Shown: positions 45,366-54,411, counted from the stretch's first letter. The stretch: 64,000 nucleotides of DNA from Candidatus Thalassarchaeaceae archaeon (GCA_023700255.1 JAJPRD010000005.1:2077-66076); one strand, 5' to 3'. Notes: generated by a model not told the origin, from the sequence alone. Numbers and translations are program-made.

Positions 45366-46427
45366 ATGAAAAGTCAGACTGCAATCACATTATGCCTAAT
45401 TTTTATGTTTGCGCCATTATCGGGATGTATTGAATCCAGTGATGATGATAAAGATTCAGAAGAAAATCCTGTAAATCCAAATCAAATAATATGCCCAGAT
45501 GGAACCAATGGAACAATTGAATGGGGTGTCATTACTTGTGCAGAACCAGAGGTTTTTCGAACTTCAGATGTCAGCAATCAAACTCAAAGTTTAACCTTTG
45601 AGTGGTATAATATTGCTGCTACAGAATGGGGCAATTTTGGTCCAGTTGAGATTTATATTATTGGAAGCGATATCGATGCTGCTAAGCAATTAGAAGATGA
45701 ATATTGTGAAAGACATAAGGCGCTTGATTCCAACTGGAATGAAGAGTGGGATTGTGCAAATGATAACTATCAGATCTTCACGAGATATGTCGAAGAAGGA
45801 GGCGCTGCAATTAGCACTTTCAAGCGAACTTACATCGAATATGACTTCATGATGATGATCATGTCTGCTAAGTACCCAGGGCCCTCAGAAGAGGATTACA
45901 AACCAGTAGTTCTTCACGAATACTTCCATATTTTCCAACATTCACAGATTAGTGACGAGTGCAGCGGTGATAGTAGGGATACCTGTGAAAGAGATTCTAA
46001 AATGGGCGGAGAGCAGAATCCTTGGTTTGCCGAAGGCGGAGCAGAGTATATGGCCCAAACACTATACTCTAAACAAGAAGGTGTGAGGGATAATTATCTT
46101 AGAGAAGTTATGCAAAATAAGTTAGATTATTCCAAGGATGATTATCTTGGTCAAAATATTTCTTTAGACCAATTAACCTACTCCTCAGAAATTAATGTCT
46201 ATGGAGTCAGTACTTGGTTTACAGCTTATCTAATTCATAATGAAGGTATTGATGCATACCTGAATGGCTTTTACGGTGACCTCGATGAATTAGGATTCAA
46301 TGGAGCATTCGAGAAGCATTTCGAAAAGACAAAGGTAGAGTACATTGCCGAATTTGAAGGCTTCCTAAATCAAAGCAATGAAGAAATAATGTCGATTATT
46401 CCACTAAGTCCAACTAATACTGAATGA
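45366..46427 (+). CDS. Exported lipoprotein-like putative gluzincin metallopeptidase
   Basis: Signal peptide with APLSGCIESSDDD. HEYFH (HExxH) is followed 35 residues later by WFAEGGAEYM, a candidate third ligand Glu. Confidence 0.6.
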   Translation: MKSQTAITLCLIFMFAPLSGCIESSDDDKDSEENPVNPNQIICPDGTNGTIEWGVITCAEPEVFRTSDVSNQTQSLTFEWYNIAATEWGNFGPVEIYIIGSDIDAAKQLEDEYCERHKALDSNWNEEWDCANDNYQIFTRYVEEGGAAISTFKRTYIEYDFMMMIMSAKYPGPSEEDYKPVVLHEYFHIFQHSQISDECSGDSRDTCERDSKMGGEQNPWFAEGGAEYMAQTLYSKQEGVRDNYLREVMQNKLDYSKDDYLGQNISLDQLTYSSEINVYGVSTWFTAYLIHNEGIDAYLNGFYGDLDELGFNGAFEKHFEKTKVEYIAEFEGFLNQSNEEIMSIIPLSPTNTE

Positions 46428-46619
46428 GATTATTTCAGATTTATCAACTTTAAACATTATTCCAAAGTTACTGAGAATTAAGCGTAATCTTCTATTTAAA
46501 CTATTGAATTTTACAAAATACTCTATTAAGAAGTTAACTGGGTAAAGTTAAGAATTTATTAGGTAAATTCAATGATAATTTTTATTTTATTTTTCTATAG
46601 TGTAGTACACGTACTTCTC

Positions 46620-46794
46620 ATGTCATTAATGGTACTGCTGCCATCACTGTCATGGTAAAAGATACGTATCCTAAAATTAAGAAAGTCAATATATGTCCTG
46701 AGTTCATATTTCGTTCTTACCGTTATCCCATTAATATAAGGGTGTTTAAAATTACTAATTTACCATATATACTGTTGTATTCATTCAATCATAA
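46620..46794 (+). repeat. 175-bp direct repeat, copy 2 (100% identical to 43392-43566)
   Basis: See copy 1. The spacing between copies is 3228 bp. Confidence 0.95.
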
Positions 46795-46832
46795 AAATCA
46801 AACTTTATTAAAATCTAAGATTATATCTTTAC

Positions 46833-48134
46833 TTATTCTTCTTCATTAGAACTCCACCAAGGAGGGGGTGCGTTTTCAGATTCTAACTTATTTGCATAAT
46901 TTTCCATATTAAAGAAGAATTCAATGATACTGTCTGCTTCTATAAAACCGTCTTTATCTTTATCTAATAATTTAAAAATTTCATTTTCATTACCTTTTAT
47001 TTGCTCAGCGAGTAATTCTTCATAATGTGAGGAAGCGGCTAAAAAATCTTTTGATAGTATTTTAATAAAACTATCTTCAGAAATTCTGCCCTCCTCATCC
47101 AATTCATACTCTTTCATAGATTCCTTAATTCCTTTACGATAACTTCTTTCGGTAATTTTTGACCATAGTCCTTTGCCAAATGGTGCCCCCTGTATTATCC
47201 TCTCTCTAGTATCAATTCCACCATGTTTCGGCCTAACATAAATTCTTTTACCTGTCCATACATCTAACATAGATCCAATAAATATAATTATTACAGATCC
47301 ACCACAAAGTAATGACAATCCCTCTTGGAGTAAACTATCTTGCTTCTGTAGGGATACAATAACTATCGCTACAACTCCACTAACGATTACAGCAATTTGG
47401 TTATATAATATGGCAAAAAACTTTGATTTTATTTCATCACCAGATATCAAATTATATTTATTTCCAGGATAACCAGGATGACTAAAATCGTCTATTTTCT
47501 TTTTTATAATATTATCTGACACCGTAATATCATCTTCAAAATTGACTCCGAAATATTTGGATATCTCCAATGCAACATTCTCACCTCGGTCTCTTCCTTC
47601 TACAAACAAGACTGGTATCCACCCTGTAGATGCTAGCAAAAATATCTCTTTTACCAAGTGAGTAGTGGTGCGGGAACTTGATGACTCACTAGCAGGATGA
47701 CGAATTTTTCTTTCTGCATCTCTAATTCCAACACCAAAAAAATCTTCTAAATTATACACTCTTGGTTTTCCTATTGATATTGGAGATTTCTTAATACTCA
47801 TTAAGAGATTTTTTCTATCAATTTCAATTATTTCAGGCCCATTTATCATTTTTATGCCACTAAAGAAAACTAAAATCCCGAAGAGCCCATATAATAGAAT
47901 ACCTCCAAATGTTTCATTAACAACAGTTTCTTTTCCAATAATAATATCAATTAGTTCATATATTACGAAAATCATCATCATTAATGAAAAACCTATAAGG
48001 CCAATCCCGCCAATTGTTTCTTTGAAAATAGATTTGTTTTGTTTTATAGTAAGAATATTATTACTCATCAAAGCTTCTATTTTATTAGGGCCAAAATAAC
48101 CAAAATGAGGTTTTGCATTAAATTCCACTTCCAT
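46833..48134 (-). CDS. Polytopic membrane protein with a C-terminal EF-hand-like loop
   Basis: Two pairs of TM helices. The C-terminal loop DKDKDGFIEADS has position 12 as Ser, so it is non-canonical. The tail is PPPWWSSNEEE. Confidence 0.6.
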   Translation of the reverse strand: MEVEFNAKPHFGYFGPNKIEALMSNNILTIKQNKSIFKETIGGIGLIGFSLMMMIFVIYELIDIIIGKETVVNETFGGILLYGLFGILVFFSGIKMINGPEIIEIDRKNLLMSIKKSPISIGKPRVYNLEDFFGVGIRDAERKIRHPASESSSSRTTTHLVKEIFLLASTGWIPVLFVEGRDRGENVALEISKYFGVNFEDDITVSDNIIKKKIDDFSHPGYPGNKYNLISGDEIKSKFFAILYNQIAVIVSGVVAIVIVSLQKQDSLLQEGLSLLCGGSVIIIFIGSMLDVWTGKRIYVRPKHGGIDTRERIIQGAPFGKGLWSKITERSYRKGIKESMKEYELDEEGRISEDSFIKILSKDFLAASSHYEELLAEQIKGNENEIFKLLDKDKDGFIEADSIIEFFFNMENYANKLESENAPPPWWSSNEEE

Positions 48135-48274
48135 ATATTTCTTGTTTTAGAATACTTTATATTTTAACTTATATCTACGTCGAAACTTCTACTCAAATTA
48201 CATATTACAATATAAAAAATTCAAAATAAATAATTTTTTAATATTATGTTAATATTCGGCAGTCTCAATACTGT

Positions 48275-49426
48275 ATGTCTTACCCATCAAACATGGCATC
48301 TACTTCCGGATTACTCGGAGATGGTAAAAAAGCCAAGAAAATTCATCATTTAATCAAAGCACCTGAGAATACACCATTCTCAGTTTCCAGAAGAGAATCA
48401 TGGGATGCAGATAAGCCTGCAGTAGTCTATATAACTCCTGAAAACCTTCCTGACGGTACTCCATGTACTGCTGCAACCGTAATTCTTAGGACAAAAGGAT
48501 GCGTATGGTGGTGGAAGTCTGGGTGTACCTTTTGTGGATATTTTAATGATGTAAGGGATGATGTTACATCTGCTAATCTATTTGCACAGTGGGAAGAAGC
48601 AAAACGACAAACGAAAGATTTTGCAGGGTGTACTATGATTAAGGTTTATACTTCAGGAACATTTTTTGAGGATAGAGAAATTCCTGTAGACTTTCAAGAA
48701 GCAGTTCTTGTCGAAACACATGAAAGAGGGATGCACTTAGTTGTAGAAGCACAAGCACAACTTTGTTATCCCGATAAGCTTGCTTGGTTAGCAGAAAAAC
48801 ATCCTGGATGTACCGTAGCACTTGGTTTAGAAGCATATGATGATATTGTACTTAGATTTCACGTGAACAAAGGTTTCTCGGTAAAACAATGGCATAAAGC
48901 TGTTGATTTGTTAAGGGAAAATAATCTTAGAGTAAAAACATATTTAATTTTTAAACCACCATTTATGTCAGAAGGTGATGCACTAAATCTGACTACTAAA
49001 TGGGTGAAACAAGTTGCACCACATTCTGATGAAGTTTCAATAAATCCAATGAATATCCAAAGAGGTACGATTGTAGATAGATTATTTAGAAATAGGGAAT
49101 TTAGGCCTCCATGGCTTTGGTCATTAGTTGATATGATTGAAAATACTCATGAAGAGATATCCAAACTAGAATGCCGCACTATTGTTCATCCAACGGCCGG
49201 TGGAAGGATAAGGGGTGCACATAATTGTGGATCATGTGATGAAGATATTGTTGCGGCCATAGAAAGATATTCAGTTTCAAGTAACTTAGATGAATTCTCC
49301 GATATAGATTGTGAATGCAAAAAAGTTTGGAAATCTGAAATTGAAAATGATAATATGTTACCGACAATTCTAGGTTCTGGTGTTGAAAGAAGAGTTTCTC
49401 GAGTAGACACAGTTCGTGCTCCTTGA
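48275..49426 (+). CDS. Radical-SAM-like protein, possibly the archaeosine-pathway RaSEA/TIGR01210 family
   Basis: Cys cluster TKGCVWWWKSGCTFCGYF in a TIM-barrel-length protein, plus a second cluster HNCGSCDED. The family assignment is from memory of the motif, not from a search. Confidence 0.5.
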   Translation: MSYPSNMASTSGLLGDGKKAKKIHHLIKAPENTPFSVSRRESWDADKPAVVYITPENLPDGTPCTAATVILRTKGCVWWWKSGCTFCGYFNDVRDDVTSANLFAQWEEAKRQTKDFAGCTMIKVYTSGTFFEDREIPVDFQEAVLVETHERGMHLVVEAQAQLCYPDKLAWLAEKHPGCTVALGLEAYDDIVLRFHVNKGFSVKQWHKAVDLLRENNLRVKTYLIFKPPFMSEGDALNLTTKWVKQVAPHSDEVSINPMNIQRGTIVDRLFRNREFRPPWLWSLVDMIENTHEEISKLECRTIVHPTAGGRIRGAHNCGSCDEDIVAAIERYSVSSNLDEFSDIDCECKKVWKSEIENDNMLPTILGSGVERRVSRVDTVRAP

Positions 49427-49516
49427 GTGAGAGTATGAACTTCATCCGCCTAATGCTTAAGGGTCAATCTTGACTGGTTATGGGTATCTCACACGTGGGG
49501 ATGTTAGGGTATCGAT

Positions 49517-49795
49517 ATGACAGATAATACTTCAGATAAAATAGGTCAGTTCCTACAAGGCGAGAAAGAACCTTCTTCCTCATGGGTAATACTAGTTATT
49601 GGAATAGCAGCAGCACTTTCATTTTTAGTAATTTATAATATACTTTATCCCGGGCAAGATCTCCCAGTCATATCATCAGTCTTACCCATGTTCGAAGGAG
49701 TATTTGACTCAGGCATATGGTTCTTCATATTAGGCGCAATGATAGGCGCTTTTGCGATTATAGGAACTATTTTGACCGAGGCAACAATTGAGTGA
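49517..49795 (+). CDS. Small membrane protein (2 TM), overlapping the start of the next gene
   Basis: 92 aa with two hydrophobic helices. It overlaps the downstream ORF by 8 nt. Confidence 0.45.
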   Translation: MTDNTSDKIGQFLQGEKEPSSSWVILVIGIAAALSFLVIYNILYPGQDLPVISSVLPMFEGVFDSGIWFFILGAMIGAFAIIGTILTEATIE

Positions 49796-51485
49796 GGTGT
49801 TAGTTATGGATACAATATTATCAGTTTTAGCAGTTTTTTGGGTTTTAATTATAGTTTCATATCTATTAATGGAGAAGGGATTGGGAATATTCGGCCAAGT
49901 TACTCGTGGATTAACCATGTTCCTTCTCGAGAAAGTATTGGGCCCAGGTTCTGATCTTGTAGAAGGTAGAAAAGGCTCGGGATCAATGGTTTGGATAATA
50001 CAAGGTGTCGTTTGGTTATTTATTTCTTCAACACTAACTTTCATCGGACTTTGGCTTGCTCACGATCCAGTTGCATTGCACAGTCTCGAAGCATGGGGAT
50101 ATCATCCTGTTTCATCTGAATTATTCTATGCAGGAAAATTTGCTGCACTCTTTGGATGTGTTGGAATGTTCATCATAGGTACAGGATTACATATTTTACC
50201 CAATTTATTGGAAGTAAATCTAGCAAGTGAGAAGAATGCAGTATTGACATCCTTTGCTTGGACATTATCTGTTATAATTTTAGTAATAGGTTCACAAAAT
50301 AATGAAATCGGTCCTGTTAATGTGATATTATTGGGAACTGGCTTGAACTTAGTAGTAACAATCGCAATAATTGCTAATCAATTATTGACAAAAGCATCAT
50401 CAACTGTTGAATTAGCAACTCCAGGATGGTTAATTATATTCGGATTAATTGGTAACCCAATTGCTGTAATTTCAGTATTTTTATCTGGCGAATATGATTC
50501 TGGACTTGGGCAATGGCTAGTTTACCATCTAAGCGGTGCAACTTTCTTCTTTTCTTCAATTGCTGGAATCTCCTTATATTCAGCTAGTTTTGGTTCCGGA
50601 AATCCACTTTGGTCACGAACTGTTGCTGGAGTAGTTATATTTGGAACAATATTCACCATAAATCCATTTGGTAATTCAGATCCAAGTATGGCAATAGATA
50701 TGTTGGGACTTACTTCAGCAGAATTAATCCTCTCTCATCAGGATAATGTTGCTGGTTCTTTCCTGATGGCATTAGCAATAATTCCAATAATTGCACTTTC
50801 TTCAAATATTCTAATTACTCTTCGAGGAACTGATATATTTGTTGAGAATCCAGATTCAGCAGGAATTCCAGAAATAAATTTCGGTGCTTGGATGTTATTA
50901 CCACTGGGAGTAGCTTCATTATTCATACAAACAGACACTTTAAGTGGAACAAATGAGTTAGTTGGAATTTCTAATATTTTGCATCTAATGGTTATTTGGA
51001 CAATTCTTATTCCTCTATCTATGGGGGCTGCTATACAGGTTTTACCTTCAGTAAGTGGAAGATATCCACTTTCTCAAAATAGAGCCAGACTAGCATTTTG
51101 GATGATATCTGCCGGCGCTCTATTTGGACTAACTTTGACAATGATGTCAGATATTGCGGATGTTGTTTTGATTGAAGCATCCATTGAAGGACAAAATGCT
51201 TTGTCTCATACTTTGAGAAAGGCTGGTTCAGTAATATTTTATGGTACAGTATTGGGATCAATATTCCACTCCACAAATTTATTCAGTGGACTTTACAGAG
51301 GTTCCAAAGTAAGCTCAACTAAATCTCCTTCAGAAACCACATTTACGATTGATTCGTTTCCATTAACATCAACAACTACTATTCGTAAAATTTTAGCAAC
51401 TGGTGCAGTTTTGGATACAAAAATCGTTCCAACATTTGAGAGTAATGATCATGGAAATCCTACTCCATTACATGAAGAAGAATAA
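49788..51485 (+). CDS. Large polytopic membrane protein (about 12-14 TM), function unknown
   Basis: 565 aa, almost entirely hydrophobic helices. See the rejected heme-copper-oxidase comparison. Confidence 0.6.
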   Translation: MSEVLVMDTILSVLAVFWVLIIVSYLLMEKGLGIFGQVTRGLTMFLLEKVLGPGSDLVEGRKGSGSMVWIIQGVVWLFISSTLTFIGLWLAHDPVALHSLEAWGYHPVSSELFYAGKFAALFGCVGMFIIGTGLHILPNLLEVNLASEKNAVLTSFAWTLSVIILVIGSQNNEIGPVNVILLGTGLNLVVTIAIIANQLLTKASSTVELATPGWLIIFGLIGNPIAVISVFLSGEYDSGLGQWLVYHLSGATFFFSSIAGISLYSASFGSGNPLWSRTVAGVVIFGTIFTINPFGNSDPSMAIDMLGLTSAELILSHQDNVAGSFLMALAIIPIIALSSNILITLRGTDIFVENPDSAGIPEINFGAWMLLPLGVASLFIQTDTLSGTNELVGISNILHLMVIWTILIPLSMGAAIQVLPSVSGRYPLSQNRARLAFWMISAGALFGLTLTMMSDIADVVLIEASIEGQNALSHTLRKAGSVIFYGTVLGSIFHSTNLFSGLYRGSKVSSTKSPSETTFTIDSFPLTSTTTIRKILATGAVLDTKIVPTFESNDHGNPTPLHEEE

Positions 51486-51512
51486 CTTCAATATTGATTT
51501 AATGGTTATAGT

Positions 51513-52796
51513 ATGAGAATAGGTTTAGTCGGAAAACCTAATGTTGGTAAATCTACTGCTTTTTCTGCATTAACCGAAAATCCCGTTGAAATAGCAAATT
51601 ACCCATTTACTACTATAGAACCCAATGTAGGAATAGCTTGGCTCCCTTTAAGGGAAGATTGTGCATGCTCAAAACTCCGCATTAGAAAAGAAAATGAAGG
51701 CCGAATGGAAAATAACGATAATGATCCAAGAAAAGGTAGCATATGTAATCCAAATACTGGATCATGTACTGGTTTTAAGCGGTTAGTTCCTATAACATTG
51801 ATAGACGTTGCAGGTCTTGTTCCTGGGGCCCATGAAGGAAGAGGTCGTGGTAATCAATTTCTTTCAGATCTAGCAAGATGTGATGCCCTAATACAGGTTG
51901 TAGATACATCAGGATCAACAGATATAGAGGGTAATCCAATCGGCTCAGATGGCTCAACACCAATTGAAGAATATAATTTTCTTTTAAGAGAATTAGACTC
52001 TTGGATTAAGGGAATTATCAGTTCAGGTTGGCAAAGAGGGGCAAGACGAGTTCAATCTGAAGGTGAAAAAGCACTTCCACTATACCTTTTGGATCAATTA
52101 ACCGGAATAGGAGCAAAAGAAATACACGTAATGGCAGGAATCAATGCCGTAAATGAAAAATTCCCTGATGCAGGAGTCCCTTGGAATTGGGGTGATGAGG
52201 AATTGTATACTATCTCCTCATCAATAAGGGCTGCATTATTTCCAATATCTATAGCAGCAAACAAGGCAGATAGGGCATCTCCTGAGGCTTGGTTAGATCT
52301 TACAAAATTGGTAAATGAAAATGGAGGAGTCTTGGTTCCAACTAGTGCAGAGGCTGAATTAGCACTTCGTAGGGCTTCTAGAGCAGGTTTAATATCACAC
52401 AGTCCAGGAAATTCTAATTTTGAGATAACAGAACAAGGTAATGCCAAGCTATCAAGCCCTCAAAGAAAGGGTTTGGAAAATATTAGTAATTCACTAAATT
52501 CTTGGGAAGGAGGGGGACTAATTGGTTTATTATCCGAGATAGTTTTTGATATTCTAGAGCGTAGAGTTTCTTATCCTGTTCAAGATGAAACTCATTGGAT
52601 TGACGGTGAAGGAAATATATTACCTGACGCTATATTAGTTCCAGAAGGAACCACTGCCAAAGGTCTAGCTTATGCCGTACATAGCGATTTGGGTGATGGT
52701 TTTATCAGAGCAATAGATGCAATTTCATCAAGAGTAATTGGTGCTGATTATGAGATTAAAAACGGTGATATAATTCGTATCCATGCCAAATCATAG
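51513..52796 (+). CDS. OBG/YchF-class GTP-binding protein with a C-terminal TGS domain
   Basis: G1 GKPNVGKST, G2 YPFTT, G3 DVAGLV, G4 NKAD. TGS-like end: GTTAKGLAYAVHSDLGDGFIRA...IKNGDIIRI. Confidence 0.85.
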   Translation: MRIGLVGKPNVGKSTAFSALTENPVEIANYPFTTIEPNVGIAWLPLREDCACSKLRIRKENEGRMENNDNDPRKGSICNPNTGSCTGFKRLVPITLIDVAGLVPGAHEGRGRGNQFLSDLARCDALIQVVDTSGSTDIEGNPIGSDGSTPIEEYNFLLRELDSWIKGIISSGWQRGARRVQSEGEKALPLYLLDQLTGIGAKEIHVMAGINAVNEKFPDAGVPWNWGDEELYTISSSIRAALFPISIAANKADRASPEAWLDLTKLVNENGGVLVPTSAEAELALRRASRAGLISHSPGNSNFEITEQGNAKLSSPQRKGLENISNSLNSWEGGGLIGLLSEIVFDILERRVSYPVQDETHWIDGEGNILPDAILVPEGTTAKGLAYAVHSDLGDGFIRAIDAISSRVIGADYEIKNGDIIRIHAKS

Positions 52797-52805
52797 AACA
52801 ATCTA

Positions 52806-53522
52806 CTAAATTTGTATTACTGTTACCGGTTCGATAACCAAAATATATGAGACCATTGTCCATTCAATTTCATAATCTTCATCAGAATCAACTATTTCTC
52901 CTACAATTGGCGCTGGAGGGGCGCTAATATCTGCAGTTATTGTGGCACTCCAAGTTCCTCTTCCAAATCCCATATCATTCCATTGTTCTCTGATTTCTTG
53001 TTCAGTAACATCACCTTGGGTAATATTATCTCCAGTATAATTTTCTGTTACATCCCACCTCATTGTAAACCCTGATCCTCCTCCACCCGTGCAAGTTCCT
53101 TGTTCAGTTAAATCTTCAAAATCTCCTTCAACTCCACTCAAATCACTAGTTCCATCCACACTATCAGAAAATCCTGGTCCTGGATCATCGTTATCCATAC
53201 AACTAATTGATAATTCAACATAGCCAATATTCATCTCACTAGTTATATCAAAAAATGAATCATATGACTCTTCATCTGCTAGGTTTATAGTTTCAGATAG
53301 AACTTCAGTAGTCTCTTCGAAACTAATGCTCCACTCACCATTAATTCCACTAGAGTCACCTACCATTTTATCATCAATTAATGAAGGCATTACTGCAAAA
53401 TAAGATGGAAATGCAATCATAAATACTACAGTCCACATCAGCATTGTTCTCTTACGAGAAGTATTGACCAGATCTTCAAAGTCCATGGAAACTATCTTTC
53501 GGTCACACTGATGACATTTCAA
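52806..53522 (-). CDS. Hypothetical single-pass membrane protein with an acidic extracytoplasmic domain
   Basis: N-terminal CHQC, one TM (MLMWTVVFMIAFPSYFAVM), then an acidic domain of about 190 aa related to the symporter C-terminus (see findings). Confidence 0.55.
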   Translation of the reverse strand: MKCHQCDRKIVSMDFEDLVNTSRKRTMLMWTVVFMIAFPSYFAVMPSLIDDKMVGDSSGINGEWSISFEETTEVLSETINLADEESYDSFFDITSEMNIGYVELSISCMDNDDPGPGFSDSVDGTSDLSGVEGDFEDLTEQGTCTGGGGSGFTMRWDVTENYTGDNITQGDVTEQEIREQWNDMGFGRGTWSATITADISAPPAPIVGEIVDSDEDYEIEWTMVSYILVIEPVTVIQI

Positions 53523-53544
53523 CTACTCTGTTTTAGGTGTAAAA

Positions 53545-54051
53545 TTATTCTTCGGAAAAATCAATATTAGACCATCTATTGATATCTATTCCTTCTTTCT
53601 TAAACTGTGATTTAGATTTATAAAACTCAGGTTGAAAATAACCAATCATCGAACGCTCTCCAAATTTCCATTTCCAAGGGCATCTTTTCAATCTAGAACA
53701 CCATTCATTTAGTAGATTAGTCCAAACCTTTCCTTCTATCTCAGCAGGTACTTCAAAAGATAAAATGGTTATTTTTCCAGCTGAACCAGGTGTGTGCGAC
53801 CATGTCCTCATCGATAGTCCAATTGAGTCCCCTTCATCAACAACTAATCCCAACACTCTAACTATTCTGCTGAGGGGCATAACTACTGCCCATCTGCTGA
53901 CCATCTTAGTTTCTTCAACTCTATGCATTTTCCAGTTACGATGTTCTCCAATTTCTCTCAATGCCCTTATTGCATCAGTAGGTGTGACACTGACAGGTAT
54001 TTCGATCAATCGACTGGACATCATGTAGAGTTCCTCTAGGCCCTCGCCCAT
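53545..54051 (-). CDS. Hypothetical protein
   Basis: 168-aa ORF in the same orientation as its neighbours. No recognisable motif. Confidence 0.45.
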   Translation of the reverse strand: MGEGLEELYMMSSRLIEIPVSVTPTDAIRALREIGEHRNWKMHRVEETKMVSRWAVVMPLSRIVRVLGLVVDEGDSIGLSMRTWSHTPGSAGKITILSFEVPAEIEGKVWTNLLNEWCSRLKRCPWKWKFGERSMIGYFQPEFYKSKSQFKKEGIDINRWSNIDFSEE

Positions 54052-54085
54052 AGCGTGTTCGCGTATTGTTAATTATCGCTGTTAC

Positions 54086-54394
54086 TTATCCAAAGAGAGA
54101 ACCTAGTCCGTCGAAGCCACCGGCTTCTTCTTCAGGTTCTTCTTCTACAACTGCTTCAGCAGGTGCACTATCGCCACCGCCGCCAGAAGCAGCAGGAGCA
54201 GATGATGCAGCCGGTGCAGCCATAGCAGTAGCCATAGCTTCACTAATATCAACAGATCCAAGTGATGTGATTAAAGCCTTAATTCGGCCTTTATCCGCAT
54301 CTACGCCAGCAGCAGTTAATACTCCGCTAACACTTTTTTCGTCAATCTCTTTCTCAGCAGAGTGCAGTAACATTGCAGCATATACATATTCCAT
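54086..54394 (-). CDS. rpl12: Ribosomal stalk protein P1 (aP1/L12e)
   Basis: MEYVYAAMLLHSAEKEI..., an Ala-rich hinge, and the acidic tail EEEAGGFDGLGSLFG. ATG 54394 is preceded by aaggtga. Confidence 0.9.
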   Translation of the reverse strand: MEYVYAAMLLHSAEKEIDEKSVSGVLTAAGVDADKGRIKALITSLGSVDISEAMATAMAAPAASSAPAASGGGGDSAPAEAVVEEEPEEEAGGFDGLGSLFG

Positions 54395-54411
54395 TTTTTT
54401 CACCTTTATTT

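Larger units (their letters stand above)
43567..46619 (+). mobile_element. Putative direct-repeat-bounded genomic islet (3 genes). No integrase or transposase is present.
   Basis: Bounded by the identical 175-bp repeats. The first about 1 kb is much more G+C-rich than its surroundings. Confidence 0.35.

Noticed and set aside
46652-46849. 65-aa ORF (MVKDTYPKIKKVN...) lying inside the 175-bp repeat; a shorter version exists in copy 1.
   Set aside because: The two copies run into different sequence after the repeat and end differently. The composition is that of AT-rich non-coding DNA, and there is no ribosome-binding site. It is more likely non-coding repeat sequence.
49788-51485. Possible heme-copper oxidase subunit I / CcoN-like protein, based on the pattern G-x-x-x-x-x-L-P-x-x-x-G-R-x-x-L-S-x-x-x-A-x-x-x-F-W resembling the COX1 helix VIII-IX region.
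   Set aside because: I could not find the six invariant His ligands: there is no HH pair and no HxH-type helix X pattern. At most it is a remote fold relative, so it is called only a membrane protein.
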